64,000 nt of DNA from Candidatus Zhuqueibacterota bacterium (GTDB taxonomy: Bacteria > Zhuqueibacterota > Zhuqueibacteria > Thermofontimicrobiales > Thermofontimicrobiaceae): NCBI GenBank assembly GCA_049322915.1, contig JBMOPW010000035.1, forward strand, positions 96,001 to 160,000, in the 5' to 3' direction. The position numbers were made by a program, and so were the translations under genes. The notes under the pieces are model-generated. The model was not told the origin of the DNA. It worked only from the letters and a program-made list of their open reading frames with translations, and ran no database searches. Positions 29,099 through 39,337 of this stretch are shown here, piece after piece (position 1 is the stretch's first letter; every line of letters begins with the position of its first letter).

Positions 29099-30001
29099 AT
29101 GAAACCACGACTCATTGTTCACGGCGGCGCCTGGAGCATTCCTGACGAATACGACGCTGCCCACATGCATGGCGTTCGCGAGGCGATCCGCGCCATCTAC
29201 CCGGAATTGATGAAGGGAATCAGCGCGCTCGATGCGGTGGAATCTGCCGTGAAAGTACTGGAAGAAGATTCCACATTCGACGCCGGCCGCGGCGCATTCC
29301 TCAATGCCGGCGGTGAGATTGAATTGGATGCCATGATAATGGACGGCGCCACATTAAATTTTGGCGCGGTCGCTGCCATCCAGAATATCCTTCACCCCAT
29401 CAGTGTGGCCCGGCTCATCATGGAAAAAACCGAGCACTGTTTTTTGGCTGGCAACGGCGCCCAGCGATTTGCACAACAAGTCGGCTTCTCTCAATTAGAT
29501 CCTATTGCATTGCTCACCGACCGCGAGTTCGCCTTTTTTGAACAGATAAAAAACGACCCGAATTTTACACCGCGGCTCCCATTTGAACCGCATCCCACAG
29601 GGACAGTGGGCGCTGTGGCGCTGGATCGGTACGGGAATCTGGCTGCTGCCACATCCACCGGCGGCACGCCGCGAAAGCTCCCCGGGCGTGTGGGCGATTC
29701 GCCCATTGTCGGCGCCGGCACCTATGCGGACAATCTGACCGGCGCTGCATCAGCCACAGGCTGGGGCGAGTCAATTATGAAAGTCGTATTGAGCAAAACC
29801 GCCTGCGATTTTCTGCCACGTCACACATCTCATGATGCAGCAGACAAGGCCATCCGGATTTTATCCGAGCGCGTCAACGGACTGGGCGGCATCATTCTCA
29901 TTGACCGAAATGGCCAGTATGGCTTCGCTCACAACACGCTGAAAATGGCCTTTGCGTACGCCGGCGATGACCGGGATGTCATCGTGAACATGCGAATCTG
30001 A
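29099..30001 (+). CDS. iaaA: Isoaspartyl peptidase/L-asparaginase (Ntn hydrolase)
   Basis: IVHGGA, ELDA.IMDG, autocleavage G-TVGAVA, ATSTGG, GRVGDSP and TGWGE. Confidence 0.93.
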   Translation: MKPRLIVHGGAWSIPDEYDAAHMHGVREAIRAIYPELMKGISALDAVESAVKVLEEDSTFDAGRGAFLNAGGEIELDAMIMDGATLNFGAVAAIQNILHPISVARLIMEKTEHCFLAGNGAQRFAQQVGFSQLDPIALLTDREFAFFEQIKNDPNFTPRLPFEPHPTGTVGAVALDRYGNLAAATSTGGTPRKLPGRVGDSPIVGAGTYADNLTGAASATGWGESIMKVVLSKTACDFLPRHTSHDAADKAIRILSERVNGLGGIILIDRNGQYGFAHNTLKMAFAYAGDDRDVIVNMRI

Positions 30002-30117
30002 TTCGAACATCACCGGGGCGCTCGGGTATTTTTTTTCACACGCATTCATGAAATGCCGCTTCCGCACTCCGATTCAGCAGACCAGTCTTGCGGCGTTCAT
30101 GCGCCCTGAACTTTTCA

Positions 30118-30146
30118 TTGACATTTTCATTTTTTGAAACTACATT
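30118..30146 (+). promoter_or_regulatory. Sigma70-type promoter of the ECF sigma operon
   Basis: TTGACA-N17-TACATT, about 80 nt upstream of the ATG. Confidence 0.55.
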
Positions 30147-30224
30147 GACTGCAATTATTTTTAGCGCGGCATGTCCCTTTCGGGAATAAATCCAATGTAT
30201 AAGTTGTCTAAAAAGTAAAACGAC

Positions 30225-30788
30225 ATGGAAGCTCACCACGAGACCGACGAACAACTCATCCAGGACATTCGGGCCGGAGATGATGCTGCGTTCAAAGTAT
30301 TGGTTCAACGCTATGAATCGCGGGTGGCGGCGACGGTCATTGGCATGTTGGGCCGGTGCCCTGAGGCGGAAGACGTTGGTCAGGAGACCTTCATTCGGTT
30401 CTACGATGCGATCGATTCATTTCGCGGGGATTCCTCGGTGGCCACGTACCTGACGCGGATCGCCATGAATCTGTCGCTCAACGAATTGAAGCGGCGCAAG
30501 CGGCGAGCGCTATTTTTTCGGCGCACCGCCGACACCGATCTGAATATTCCCGACGCACATGATGCAAGCGACCATGTCGATAAAAAGGAATTTGTTCAGC
30601 ACGCATTGCAGCGACTGGAGCCCAAATTCAAAGCCGTGCTTGTGCTTCGATTGATTGATGGGTATTCAACCACGGAAACGGCTCACATCCTCAAGCTGCC
30701 CGTGGGGACGGTGCTTTCCCGGCTTGCCCGGGGGCAACAAAAATTGAAGGAGATTTTAACACCAATCATGGAGTTCAACCATGGATAA
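30225..30788 (+). CDS. ECF RNA polymerase sigma factor
   Basis: Region 2 (AEDVGQETFIR…FRGDSS..TYLTRIA.N) and region 4 (GYS..E.A.IL..PVGTV.SRL.R). Confidence 0.95.
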   Translation: MEAHHETDEQLIQDIRAGDDAAFKVLVQRYESRVAATVIGMLGRCPEAEDVGQETFIRFYDAIDSFRGDSSVATYLTRIAMNLSLNELKRRKRRALFFRRTADTDLNIPDAHDASDHVDKKEFVQHALQRLEPKFKAVLVLRLIDGYSTTETAHILKLPVGTVLSRLARGQQKLKEILTPIMEFNHG

Positions 30789-31206
30789 AAAACTGCTCGA
30801 ATTACTTTATCGGTCAATCGACAGCGTGTTGAGCGAGTCTGAACGCCAGAAGCTGGATCAGGCGCTCAGGGAATCCGCCTCACTTCGCGCGGAGAAAAAG
30901 GCGCTGCTGAAGATGCGCTCTCATCTGCTGCCTGAACAGCCAGTGAAATTTAAGCCGTATTTCGCGGACCGTGTGATGAATCGAATCAACGCCCGGAAAA
31001 CGCCGGCAGTTGTTCAGGATACCTATTTTGACTCATTGTTAGCTCTGGTCAAACCCGTGGCGATCGCGCTGGTCATCATTCTGATTTCGCTGCTGACGTA
31101 CAATCTGAAATCAACGAAAAATTACACGCTGGCCGGAGCAATGGGACAGGAACTCGCTCAGTTGGAGCATGCAATCGATCCGGCGTATCTGATTGAAACG
31201 GAGTAA
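30781..31206 (+). CDS. Putative anti-sigma factor
   Basis: Overlaps the sigma gene stop. N-terminal helical domain ('LS..E…L…L'), 'PYF..RVM.RI' and a single TM segment. Confidence 0.75.
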   Translation: MDKKLLELLYRSIDSVLSESERQKLDQALRESASLRAEKKALLKMRSHLLPEQPVKFKPYFADRVMNRINARKTPAVVQDTYFDSLLALVKPVAIALVIILISLLTYNLKSTKNYTLAGAMGQELAQLEHAIDPAYLIETE

Positions 31207-31210
31207 TGCC

Positions 31211-31729
31211 ATGAAGATAAAAACCAAGCCTTTAATCCATCTATTGCTGATTTTCATTTTAGGCGCATTCATCGGGGTTGTCGTCGACAGAACCGTGATC
31301 GAGAAGCAGATGCGCAAGCGCTTCGTCAAGTTCGAGGATCCTGAATTCATGAAACGCGTCATGTTCCGCATCGTCCAGCCGACTGAAAAACAACGCGAAC
31401 AAATCGATTCGATCATGGATAAGTACAGTGTCCGCCTGAATAAGCTCCGGTTCACCATGCGCCAGGAAGCAACGACGATGATCGACTCATTGAAAAATGA
31501 GCTTTCTCCAGTTTTAACCGATGAACAAAAGCAACGGATGGAGGAGCATCAGAAGAAAATGATGCAGGGCAGTAAGTTTGGATTCCCATTTCCGAAACCC
31601 GGCGCTCCGTTTCCGCGCGACGGATTTGATCCGCAGCTTCGGCCCCAGCCGCCGGACAGCTCCTTTCATCCGGATCCCCACCAGGGACAGCAGCCCCGGC
31701 CGGATCGCCGGATGCCCCACAAAAATTAA
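31211..31729 (+). CDS. Membrane-anchored periplasmic helical protein (Spy/CpxP-like)
   Basis: N-terminal TM, PTEKQ/LTDEQ repeats and a Pro-rich tail. Third gene of the ECF operon. Confidence 0.75.
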   Translation: MKIKTKPLIHLLLIFILGAFIGVVVDRTVIEKQMRKRFVKFEDPEFMKRVMFRIVQPTEKQREQIDSIMDKYSVRLNKLRFTMRQEATTMIDSLKNELSPVLTDEQKQRMEEHQKKMMQGSKFGFPFPKPGAPFPRDGFDPQLRPQPPDSSFHPDPHQGQQPRPDRRMPHKN

Positions 31730-31745
31730 TCGATGATCAGACATG

Positions 31746-31782
31746 AAACGCTCCCGGAAATTTTGGGAGCGTTTTCATTTTA
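31746..31782 (+). terminator. Intrinsic terminator after the ECF operon
   Basis: AAACGCTCCC/GGGAGCGTTT stem followed by TCATTTT. Confidence 0.65.
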
Positions 31783-32032
31783 GTCCAGCCGATTCCTCTT
31801 TCAAAACCAATGACTCACAGGCGTCGCAGAGAAGCCTGCCGAACAGCACCGTCACTCCCAATTTCAAACGCAGCAATAAATTTCGCCAAGGATGTACTCC
31901 TGCCGCCGGCAGCCCTCCCTCATCCCGACTTTTTTTACATTTTTTCATTCCCGGGGAATATTTCTGAATTTGCAATTGTCAAACAGTCAAAATCAACAAG
32001 GTAACAGAACTCATTACGATTGGAGAAACAGG

Positions 32033-33292
32033 ATGAAAAAGAAAATTATCGCCATCGCGCTGATTCTTGTCGTCGCAGCCATTGGTCTCACAATTTTGAA
32101 TATGTCCGGCAGCGTCAAAGAGGAGAATTTTCAGTTCGGGGAAGCCCGGATGGGAGACATTATCAATTCAGTATCCAGCACCGGCGCCATTAACGCTGTC
32201 AGCACCGTGGAAGTGGGGACGCAGGTCTCCGGAACGCTGGATCGTCTCCATGCAGATTTCAATGACCAGGTGAAAAAGGGACAATTGCTCGCCGTGCTGG
32301 ATACAATTGTTCTGAAGACCCAGGTGCTGGATGCGCAGGCCAATGTGGAGCGCGTCGAAGCTCTCTTGGAACAGGCGCTGGCGGACCAAAAGAGAAACGA
32401 ACCGCTCTTCAGCAAGGGCCTCATCTCCGAGGCGGAATTTCTGCCGATGCAAATCAGTGTCAAAACACAGCAAGCCACTCTGAAATCGGCGCAAGTGGCG
32501 CTGGACCGGGCTGAACGGAATTTGCGCTATGCCTATATCAAATCGCCGATTAACGGGACGATCATTCAACGCAATGTGGAGGAAGGCCAGACTGTGGCCG
32601 CCAGTTTCCAGACACCCACGCTGTTCATCATCGCCGAAGATTTGACGAAAATGGAAATCCATGCTCAGGTCGATGAGAGCGATATTGGACAAATAAAGAC
32701 CGGGCAGAATGTGACCTTTGAAGTGCTGGCCTATCCCGATGTCGTCTTCACTGGCATTGTCAAGCAAGTCCGCTTGCAGCCGACGACAGTGCAAAATGTG
32801 GTCAATTACACTGTGGTGATCGACGCCAGCAATGACAAAAAATTGCTGCTGCCGGGCATGACCGCCACCGTTGATTTTTTGATTGAAGAAAAACGAAACG
32901 TGCTCATCGTTCCGAATTCTGCATTGACCTTTGCTCCGCCAGAAAATGTCGCCAATGAAGCCCGTGCAGCGCTGGAGAAGCATCGCGCCTCTGCTCCTGA
33001 TTCAATCAAAAAAATGATGACTTCGAAAGTTGGCGCACCGGCGACTGGATCGGCCAGCGGCGATCGCAGCCGGAATTTCAGCGTGGTCTGGTCGCCAAAT
33101 CCGGAAGGCAAATTGATGCCGATCCCTGTGATGACCGGTTCGACCGACGGAAAATCAACAGAAATTTTGCAGAGCCCGTTATTGAAATCAGAACTGAGAG
33201 TGGCGATCGGGACAGCGACAGCCGCAACGACGAAGAAGTCGGAACAAAAACAGACTACCCAACGAATGCCGGGCCCGCCCCGGCTATTCTGA
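32033..33292 (+). CDS. Periplasmic adaptor (MacA-like membrane fusion protein)
   Basis: VEVGTQVSG, VKKGQLLA, IKSPING, GQTVAAS, VDESDIG and PGMTA. Start MKKKII after GGAG. Confidence 0.93.
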   Translation: MKKKIIAIALILVVAAIGLTILNMSGSVKEENFQFGEARMGDIINSVSSTGAINAVSTVEVGTQVSGTLDRLHADFNDQVKKGQLLAVLDTIVLKTQVLDAQANVERVEALLEQALADQKRNEPLFSKGLISEAEFLPMQISVKTQQATLKSAQVALDRAERNLRYAYIKSPINGTIIQRNVEEGQTVAASFQTPTLFIIAEDLTKMEIHAQVDESDIGQIKTGQNVTFEVLAYPDVVFTGIVKQVRLQPTTVQNVVNYTVVIDASNDKKLLLPGMTATVDFLIEEKRNVLIVPNSALTFAPPENVANEARAALEKHRASAPDSIKKMMTSKVGAPATGSASGDRSRNFSVVWSPNPEGKLMPIPVMTGSTDGKSTEILQSPLLKSELRVAIGTATAATTKKSEQKQTTQRMPGPPRLF

Positions 33293-33345
33293 TAACGCAT
33301 TCAAAGCGGGCATTCACTTGAAACAAATGAAAAGCGAGACTCACT

Positions 33346-34104
33346 ATGACTCCTGTAATCGAAACAATAAATTTGACAAAGACTTTCCAACTGGGCGACG
33401 TGTCAGTGCATGCACTGCAAGGGGTTAATTTAAGAATAACCGCCGGCGAATTTGTCGCCATCATGGGTTCATCTGGCTCGGGCAAATCGACATTGATGAA
33501 TTTGCTGGGTTGTCTGGATATTCCCACCGGAGGGGATTATTTTTTAGACGGGCAGAACATCAATTCCCTGATGAAAAATCAATACGCCGATATCAGAAAT
33601 AAGAAAATCGGTTTTGTGTTCCAGGGATTCAACCTGCTGGCCCGAACTTCAGCCCTCGAAAATGTCGAGTTGCCATTGGTTTACGACCGGCTGCATCATA
33701 TAAAAAATCCCCGGCAGGCAGCAATGGACGCCCTGAAACGCGTGGGATTGGCGGATCGATTTCATCACGAACCCAATCAACTTTCGGGTGGGCAGCAGCA
33801 GCGCGTCGCCATCGCCCGGGCGCTGGTCACGCAGCCATCCATCATTCTGGCGGACGAACCTACCGGAAATCTGGATTCCAAAACCTCGATTGATGTGATG
33901 TCGGTTTTTCAGGAACTGAACAATCAGGGGATTACCATCATTTTAGTGACGCACGAACCGGACATTGCCCAATACGCGAAGCGCATTGTGCAGATGAAGG
34001 ACGGGCGCATCAAAAAAGACACTGTCGTCAAACAGCGACGATCGGCCATAGCGGATCTTGAAAATTTCAAAGATATTGAGGAAGAAGAATTATGTTACAA
34101 TTAA
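33346..34104 (+). CDS. ABC transporter ATP-binding protein (MacB/LolD type)
   Basis: [34 protein letters not shown] and VTHE. Confidence 0.96.
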   Translation: MTPVIETINLTKTFQLGDVSVHALQGVNLRITAGEFVAIMGSSGSGKSTLMNLLGCLDIPTGGDYFLDGQNINSLMKNQYADIRNKKIGFVFQGFNLLARTSALENVELPLVYDRLHHIKNPRQAAMDALKRVGLADRFHHEPNQLSGGQQQRVAIARALVTQPSIILADEPTGNLDSKTSIDVMSVFQELNNQGITIILVTHEPDIAQYAKRIVQMKDGRIKKDTVVKQRRSAIADLENFKDIEEEELCYN

Positions 34105-35312
34105 AAAATCTATTTCAGGTGGCATTGAAGAGCATCTATAAAAACCGCATGCGAAGTCTGCTCACCTCGCTGGGCATTATCATCGGTGTGGGCGCGGTAA
34201 TCATTATGGTCGCTATTGGCGAAGGCGCTTCGGCGAACATTCAGAAGAGCATTTCATCATTGGGGACAGATTTACTGATGGTCTTTCCGGGCGCAAGTCA
34301 AATAGGCGGCGTCAGTCGTGGCGCAAGCAGCGAAAATCGTCTGACATTTGAAGACGTGAAAAAACTGGAAACCGAAGCGACGATGATCAAAAAAATTTCT
34401 TCGGTGGTCAATTACGGAGTACAGGTCATCGGCGGCGGGAACAACTGGAACACCATGATTCAGGGTGTGGATCCGGAATTCCTGTATATCAAAGAATACA
34501 AAATCGCTTCCGGAACTTTTTTCACCGATCGCGATGTTCAGACGCGGAAAAAGAGCGCCGTACTCGGCAAGACCGTGGTCGATGAGCTTTTCCCAAATCA
34601 GGATCCGATCGGACAAAGAATTCGCATCAATGCGACTCCATTCACTGTGATCGGCGTCCTGGCTGAAAAAGGCCAGAGCGGCATGGGCCAGGATCAGGAC
34701 GATATCATTCTCGCACCGTCGACGACTGTGCTCTATCGGCTGAAAGGCGGCAGATATATCGACCGCATCTATTGCAGCGCCATTTCCAGCGACAGCATGT
34801 ACGTTGCTGAAAATCAACTGACTGCTCTGCTGCGGAAATCGCATCACATCCAAAATGATGAAGAAGACGATTTCACCATCCGGAATCAGGCTGAAATCAT
34901 TGAAATGGCATCCTCGACAACCCGGACATTGACAATTTTGCTGGGCGCCATAGCCGCAGTCTCGCTGTTGGTGGGCGGCATCGGCATCATGAATATCATG
35001 CTGGTATCCGTGACCGAGCGGACCAGGGAGATAGGCATCCGCCTGTCCATCGGCGCCCGCGGCAGCGATATTCTGACGCAATTCCTGGCAGAGTCGGTGG
35101 TGTTGAGTCTGATCGGCGGCGTCATTGGCGTATTGCTGGCGCTGGGAGTAGCCTATCTCATCAGCACATTTAGCAGCATGAATGTCGTTATTAAGCCATT
35201 GATTGTCTTATCATCGTTTTTCTTTGCCGGCGCAGTCGGTGTATTCTTCGGCTTCTACCCGGCGCGAAAAGCGGCAGCGTTGAATCCAATAGATGCACTG
35301 CGTTATGAATAA
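34092..35312 (+). CDS. ABC permease (MacB/FtsX type)
   Basis: RSLLTSLGIIIGV, GGIGIMNIMLVSVTERTREIG and PARKAA.LNPIDALRYE. Confidence 0.96.
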   Translation: MLQLKNLFQVALKSIYKNRMRSLLTSLGIIIGVGAVIIMVAIGEGASANIQKSISSLGTDLLMVFPGASQIGGVSRGASSENRLTFEDVKKLETEATMIKKISSVVNYGVQVIGGGNNWNTMIQGVDPEFLYIKEYKIASGTFFTDRDVQTRKKSAVLGKTVVDELFPNQDPIGQRIRINATPFTVIGVLAEKGQSGMGQDQDDIILAPSTTVLYRLKGGRYIDRIYCSAISSDSMYVAENQLTALLRKSHHIQNDEEDDFTIRNQAEIIEMASSTTRTLTILLGAIAAVSLLVGGIGIMNIMLVSVTERTREIGIRLSIGARGSDILTQFLAESVVLSLIGGVIGVLLALGVAYLISTFSSMNVVIKPLIVLSSFFFAGAVGVFFGFYPARKAAALNPIDALRYE

Positions 35313-35334
35313 CATTGAACAGAAGGTGACCCTC

Positions 35335-36591
35335 ATGAAACCAAATCTCATTCTACTTTTTCTTGTGTCGCTGGTGATAGCAACGCCTGGCCTGGGCCAG
35401 GTCGAAACGTTGAGTCTTGAACATTGTATTGAACTGGCGATTGAAAATAACAACACACTCAGGAAGAGTCTGATGAATGTCGAGCAAGCCTCGGTCAGCA
35501 AACGACAATCGTATTCCGAATTGTTTCCCAGTCTGACGATCTCCGCATCGGGCAATAACAGCAAGACCAGCCAAATGGGCTCGGACTGGGAATCGCAGTG
35601 GAGCCTGCAGAAGACCGCTGAACAGGCGATTTACAGGCCTGGTCTTTTCTCGAACATCAAGCAGGCTGGCATCAATGAACAGATAGCGAAAATTTCCAGC
35701 GCAGAAACTGAATCTCAGATCCGCTTGCTGGTTAAAAATTTATACTTTCAAATTTTGTCTTCGAATTCGCTCATTGCCGTCTATCAGGAAAACATACAAT
35801 CATCCGCTGAAAACCTGGAGAAAATCCGGTTAATGTTCAAAGTCGGCGCCAAAACAGAATCCGATGTGCTCAAAGCTGAGGTTCAAAAGGGTAATTTTGA
35901 ATCACAACTTTTGACTGAACAGCAAAATCTATTAAGCTACAAACGTCAGCTAAACTCGGCCATGGGACGGTCGCCTCTGCTTGAATTTCAGATTGTTTCC
36001 CTCTCTGCGGATTCCGTGGACGTGCCGGCTTTTAATTCTGCGCAACAGATGCTGTTGCCAAAAAACCGAAATTTCCAGATGTTAAAAAAGCAGGAAGCCA
36101 GTTCAGCGCTCGCGGTGAGCATCGCGAAAGAGGCGTTCCTGCCGTCATTTTCTGGCTATTACACGTATTCCAAAAGCGATGACTTTACCAGCACCCCTGG
36201 ATTCTCCACGGATCAATTCGGTCTGCGCGTCAGTATCAACCTGTTCAACGGCTGTTACAAACGACTGAATGTTCAGCAGCAGAAGCTTTCCCTGAATAGC
36301 GCCTCCATCGAACTGAGCGAAGAAGAACTCCAACTATACGACGAATTGGCGAACTTATACACCAATCTGGATACTAACAATAAACAAATTGAACTGAATG
36401 TAAAAAGCGTCCAGGCTGCCCGGCGCGACCTGGATTTGGTCTCGGAGCGCTATGCACATGGCGCCAGCACCATTCTGGATCAAATGACGGCGCAGGCTTC
36501 CCTGCTGGAATCCCAGAGCAACCTGGTCAAATTGAAATATGGCCGAAAAATAATCGAAGCCCAGATCAAACAACTTTTGGCGATGGAGTGA
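35335..36591 (+). CDS. TolC-family outer-membrane factor
   Basis: Signal peptide, LSLEHCIELAIENN, duplicated OEP helical repeats, located at the end of the exporter operon. Confidence 0.92.
   Translation: MKPNLILLFLVSLVIATPGLGQVETLSLEHCIELAIENNNTLRKSLMNVEQASVSKRQSYSELFPSLTISASGNNSKTSQMGSDWESQWSLQKTAEQAIYRPGLFSNIKQAGINEQIAKISSAETESQIRLLVKNLYFQILSSNSLIAVYQENIQSSAENLEKIRLMFKVGAKTESDVLKAEVQKGNFESQLLTEQQNLLSYKRQLNSAMGRSPLLEFQIVSLSADSVDVPAFNSAQQMLLPKNRNFQMLKKQEASSALAVSIAKEAFLPSFSGYYTYSKSDDFTSTPGFSTDQFGLRVSINLFNGCYKRLNVQQQKLSLNSASIELSEEELQLYDELANLYTNLDTNNKQIELNVKSVQAARRDLDLVSERYAHGASTILDQMTAQASLLESQSNLVKLKYGRKIIEAQIKQLLAME
36492..36560 (+). repeat. Copy 1 of a 69-bp direct repeat (within the tolC-like 3' end)
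   Basis: Matches 39269-39337 at 67 of 69 positions. Confidence 0.9.
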
Positions 36592-36762
36592 TTTTGGCGG
36601 AAATCGGATTTTGAATGAAAAATGAAGTGAGAATGATTTCGAATACGTGAGAGGTTAATTTTGCCGACTACATGTTGGATTTTAAGACGAAATATGATGG
36701 CCGCGGATGTTTGTAAAGCCAAGTAGCTGTTCTGCTGAAACATAAAATATGACTTACCTCCG

Positions 36763-36802
36763 AAAACGAAAGGGGAAAATTCTTGAAATTATCCCCTTTC
36801 GT
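36763..36802 (-). terminator. Terminator of the DEAD-box helicase gene
   Basis: ACGAAAGGGG/CCCCTTTCGT stem with a T-run on the minus strand. Confidence 0.65.
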
Positions 36803-36830
36803 ACAATCAGATCGAAACAGCGAATTTCAA

Positions 36831-38567
36831 CTAAACCCGCTGCCGGCTTTTCCTTCTTAATTTTTTATTTATTCTTCCTGGCGCATAAAATTCTTTACCA
36901 ACCGGGCGCTGCGTAATTTCAACCACGGCTTTTCTTTTATTAAAGGCGATATTTTTAAATCCTGTCAGCACAGTGTCAGCGAAATATTCATCAACTTCAA
37001 AAAAGGAAAAATTTCTCATGATATCAATTTTGCCGATTGTAATATCCCGCTGCCGCGTGCTTCGGTTAACCAGTCCGATCAAGTCGGGTGGCGTCAGACT
37101 GTCCTTAAAACCGAGATTGATAAAAAATCGTGTGAATCCTTCCTCAGCAAAAGACTGCTGATGACGATTATTGGTCTTGCCTGACCGGGCCACGGATTTT
37201 TTCTTCCCTGATTTTATTTTGCTATCTTCCGACTCTGTCGGAGCAGCTAAATCTTTGGCATCGCGATAATAATTCAAATACCGATTGAATTCCAGCGATA
37301 CAAACTGTTTGATCAGTTCCTGCTTGTCGAGCCCGGCCAATTTTTCATAAACTGCCGGCAGAAAGTCCTCGATTTCCCGAGAGTCCAATTCGTTCTTCTG
37401 CAGCCGGTCAACCAGATGCAGCAATTGTTTTTCACAAATTTCCTTTCCGCCTGGCACGTCGAGATGGGTAAATTTTTTCTTGAGCCGGGTTTCGATCTGT
37501 TTGATTTTGTGTTTCTCTTTCAAATTGACAAGGGCAACAGAAATTCCGGTACTGCCAGCGCGACCTGTTCTGCCGCTGCGATGGATGTAGCTTATTATTT
37601 CATCGGGCAGGTTGTAGTTAATAATATGAGTCAAATCTTTAACGTCAATCCCGCGCGCTGCCACATCGGTTGCAGTGAGCAAGTGCAGATTTTTGTTACG
37701 AAATTTGTGCATCACGGCTTCACGTTGCGCCTGCGACAGATCGCCATGCAGGACATCGACATTATAGCCATCCTGTATCAGTTTTTCAGCTACCTGTCTG
37801 GTTTCCTCGCGCGTCCGGCAAAAAATAATGCCATAAATATCCGGATTAAAATCGACAATCCGCTTCAACGCCAGGTAACGATTCTTTTCGTGGACGGAAT
37901 AGCAGAGATGTTCGACATTATCTGCGCCGGTATTTGTCCGGCCTGCTGAGATTTCAAGCGGCTGGCGCAAATATTTTTTTGACAGCCTGCTGACTTCGTC
38001 AGGCATGGTCGCCGAAAAGAACAGCGTAATTTTCGTTTCCGGCATCTGCTCGAAAATGGCGTCCAGCTCTTCCTTGAAACCCATCGACAGCATTTCGTCA
38101 GCCTCATCCAGCACCACCGTCCTGACTTCAGAAAGATCAATTTGTTTTTGGCGGTTGAGCAAATCGTTCATTCTGCCCGGCGTTGCCACGATAATATGCG
38201 CCCCTTTTTTAAGCGCTCTGATCTGTCGTTCCATATCAGCGCCGCCGTAAACAGTGACAATATTTATTTCATCCAAATATTTTGCATATTCCTTCAGGTC
38301 AGAGGTAATTTGCAAACTCAATTCCCGAGTTGGCGCCAAAATCACTGCCTGCGTTTTTTTAATTTCGGGATTAATTGTTTGCAGGATCGGCAAGCCAAAA
38401 GCGGCTGTCTTGCCTGTGCCGGTTTGTGCCAGTCCGATCAAATCACGTTGTTGCGTGAGTAATGTTGGGATTACTTCTGCCTGAATAGGCATGGGATCTT
38501 CAAAGCCCAATTCTTTGATCCCTTTGATTAAATTTTTTGTTAATCCAAGTTTTTTAAAACTATCCAT
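36831..38567 (-). CDS. deaD: DEAD-box RNA helicase (DeaD/CsdA type, DbpA RNA-binding C-domain)
   Basis: Q motif, AQTGTGKT, PTREL, TPGR, DEAD, SAT, ARGID, HRSGRTGR and C-terminal RFFINLG…IG.I.I…SFFEV. Confidence 0.9.
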   Translation of the reverse strand: MDSFKKLGLTKNLIKGIKELGFEDPMPIQAEVIPTLLTQQRDLIGLAQTGTGKTAAFGLPILQTINPEIKKTQAVILAPTRELSLQITSDLKEYAKYLDEINIVTVYGGADMERQIRALKKGAHIIVATPGRMNDLLNRQKQIDLSEVRTVVLDEADEMLSMGFKEELDAIFEQMPETKITLFFSATMPDEVSRLSKKYLRQPLEISAGRTNTGADNVEHLCYSVHEKNRYLALKRIVDFNPDIYGIIFCRTREETRQVAEKLIQDGYNVDVLHGDLSQAQREAVMHKFRNKNLHLLTATDVAARGIDVKDLTHIINYNLPDEIISYIHRSGRTGRAGSTGISVALVNLKEKHKIKQIETRLKKKFTHLDVPGGKEICEKQLLHLVDRLQKNELDSREIEDFLPAVYEKLAGLDKQELIKQFVSLEFNRYLNYYRDAKDLAAPTESEDSKIKSGKKKSVARSGKTNNRHQQSFAEEGFTRFFINLGFKDSLTPPDLIGLVNRSTRQRDITIGKIDIMRNFSFFEVDEYFADTVLTGFKNIAFNKRKAVVEITQRPVGKEFYAPGRINKKLRRKSRQRV

Positions 38568-39118
38568 AAATTCGCCTTACAAAAGTTAAAAGTTGTTCAG
38601 TTATATCTTTGATCACCATGACTGGAGAAAGATTCAAACCGAATTATTTCTTAAAAATAAATGCCAAACATCGCAGCGTGGTTTGCACTGAGATTGCAAC
38701 ATAACGGTCTTGCGAATAACTGCAACAGGATATTGCAGCAAAGCAACCGTCCCCACTCAAATAGACAATCAAAAAAGGTGAGTAACCTGTCAGACAGTTG
38801 AAAATTTTTTCCCTGATAATCTTTAAAAAAAATCAACCCTCTCAGCAGCACATAGCTGAATGTTTGCATTAGAGTTATTTAAACAAAAAAATACCTGCCC
38901 GGAATAAGACGAACCACACGGTCCGTTTCTCAGCACAGTTGGCAGGTTTTGAATTAGTGAAATAATAATTAGAAAAGAAAATCAGGACGAGGCTGATTTT
39001 ATGTTCAAAGAAAATTATTTAACCATCCGTTTAACTGCATTGATCATACTTACTTCACCTCCGAAAGCGTAACTTCGCACGAAGTGAACGGTTTAAGATA
39101 GTGAAAATATTGGCGGTA

Positions 39119-39147
39119 AAGTTACGGATAATGTTCGTCAAAGTCAA
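39119..39147 (-). promoter_or_regulatory. Putative sigma70 promoter for the helicase leader
   Basis: Minus strand TTGACT-N17-TAACTT. Confidence 0.4.
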
Positions 39148-39268
39148 GCAAAATATTATTTTGATTTTCATGCCTCACCCATCGGCGTTTTCTTGATGCC
39201 TCTTTTTCCTGCCAGCATTCTTTTTCAAGTTTTGGAATTAAGCGAATTTTGACACACTAAATGTTGTA

Positions 39269-39337
39269 GCAGGCCTCCCTGCTGGAATCCCAGAGCAACC
39301 TGGTCAAACTGAAATATGGCCGAAAAATAATCGAAGC
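39269..39337 (+). repeat. Copy 2 of the 69-bp direct repeat (intergenic tolC fragment)
   Basis: GCAGGCCTCCCTGCTGGAATCC…ATCGAAGC, two mismatches versus 36492-36560. Confidence 0.9.

Noticed and set aside
36492..39337. Prophage or integrative element
   Set aside because: The enclosed segment is only 2.8 kb, with no integrase, phage or conjugation genes. It is kept only as a duplication scar.
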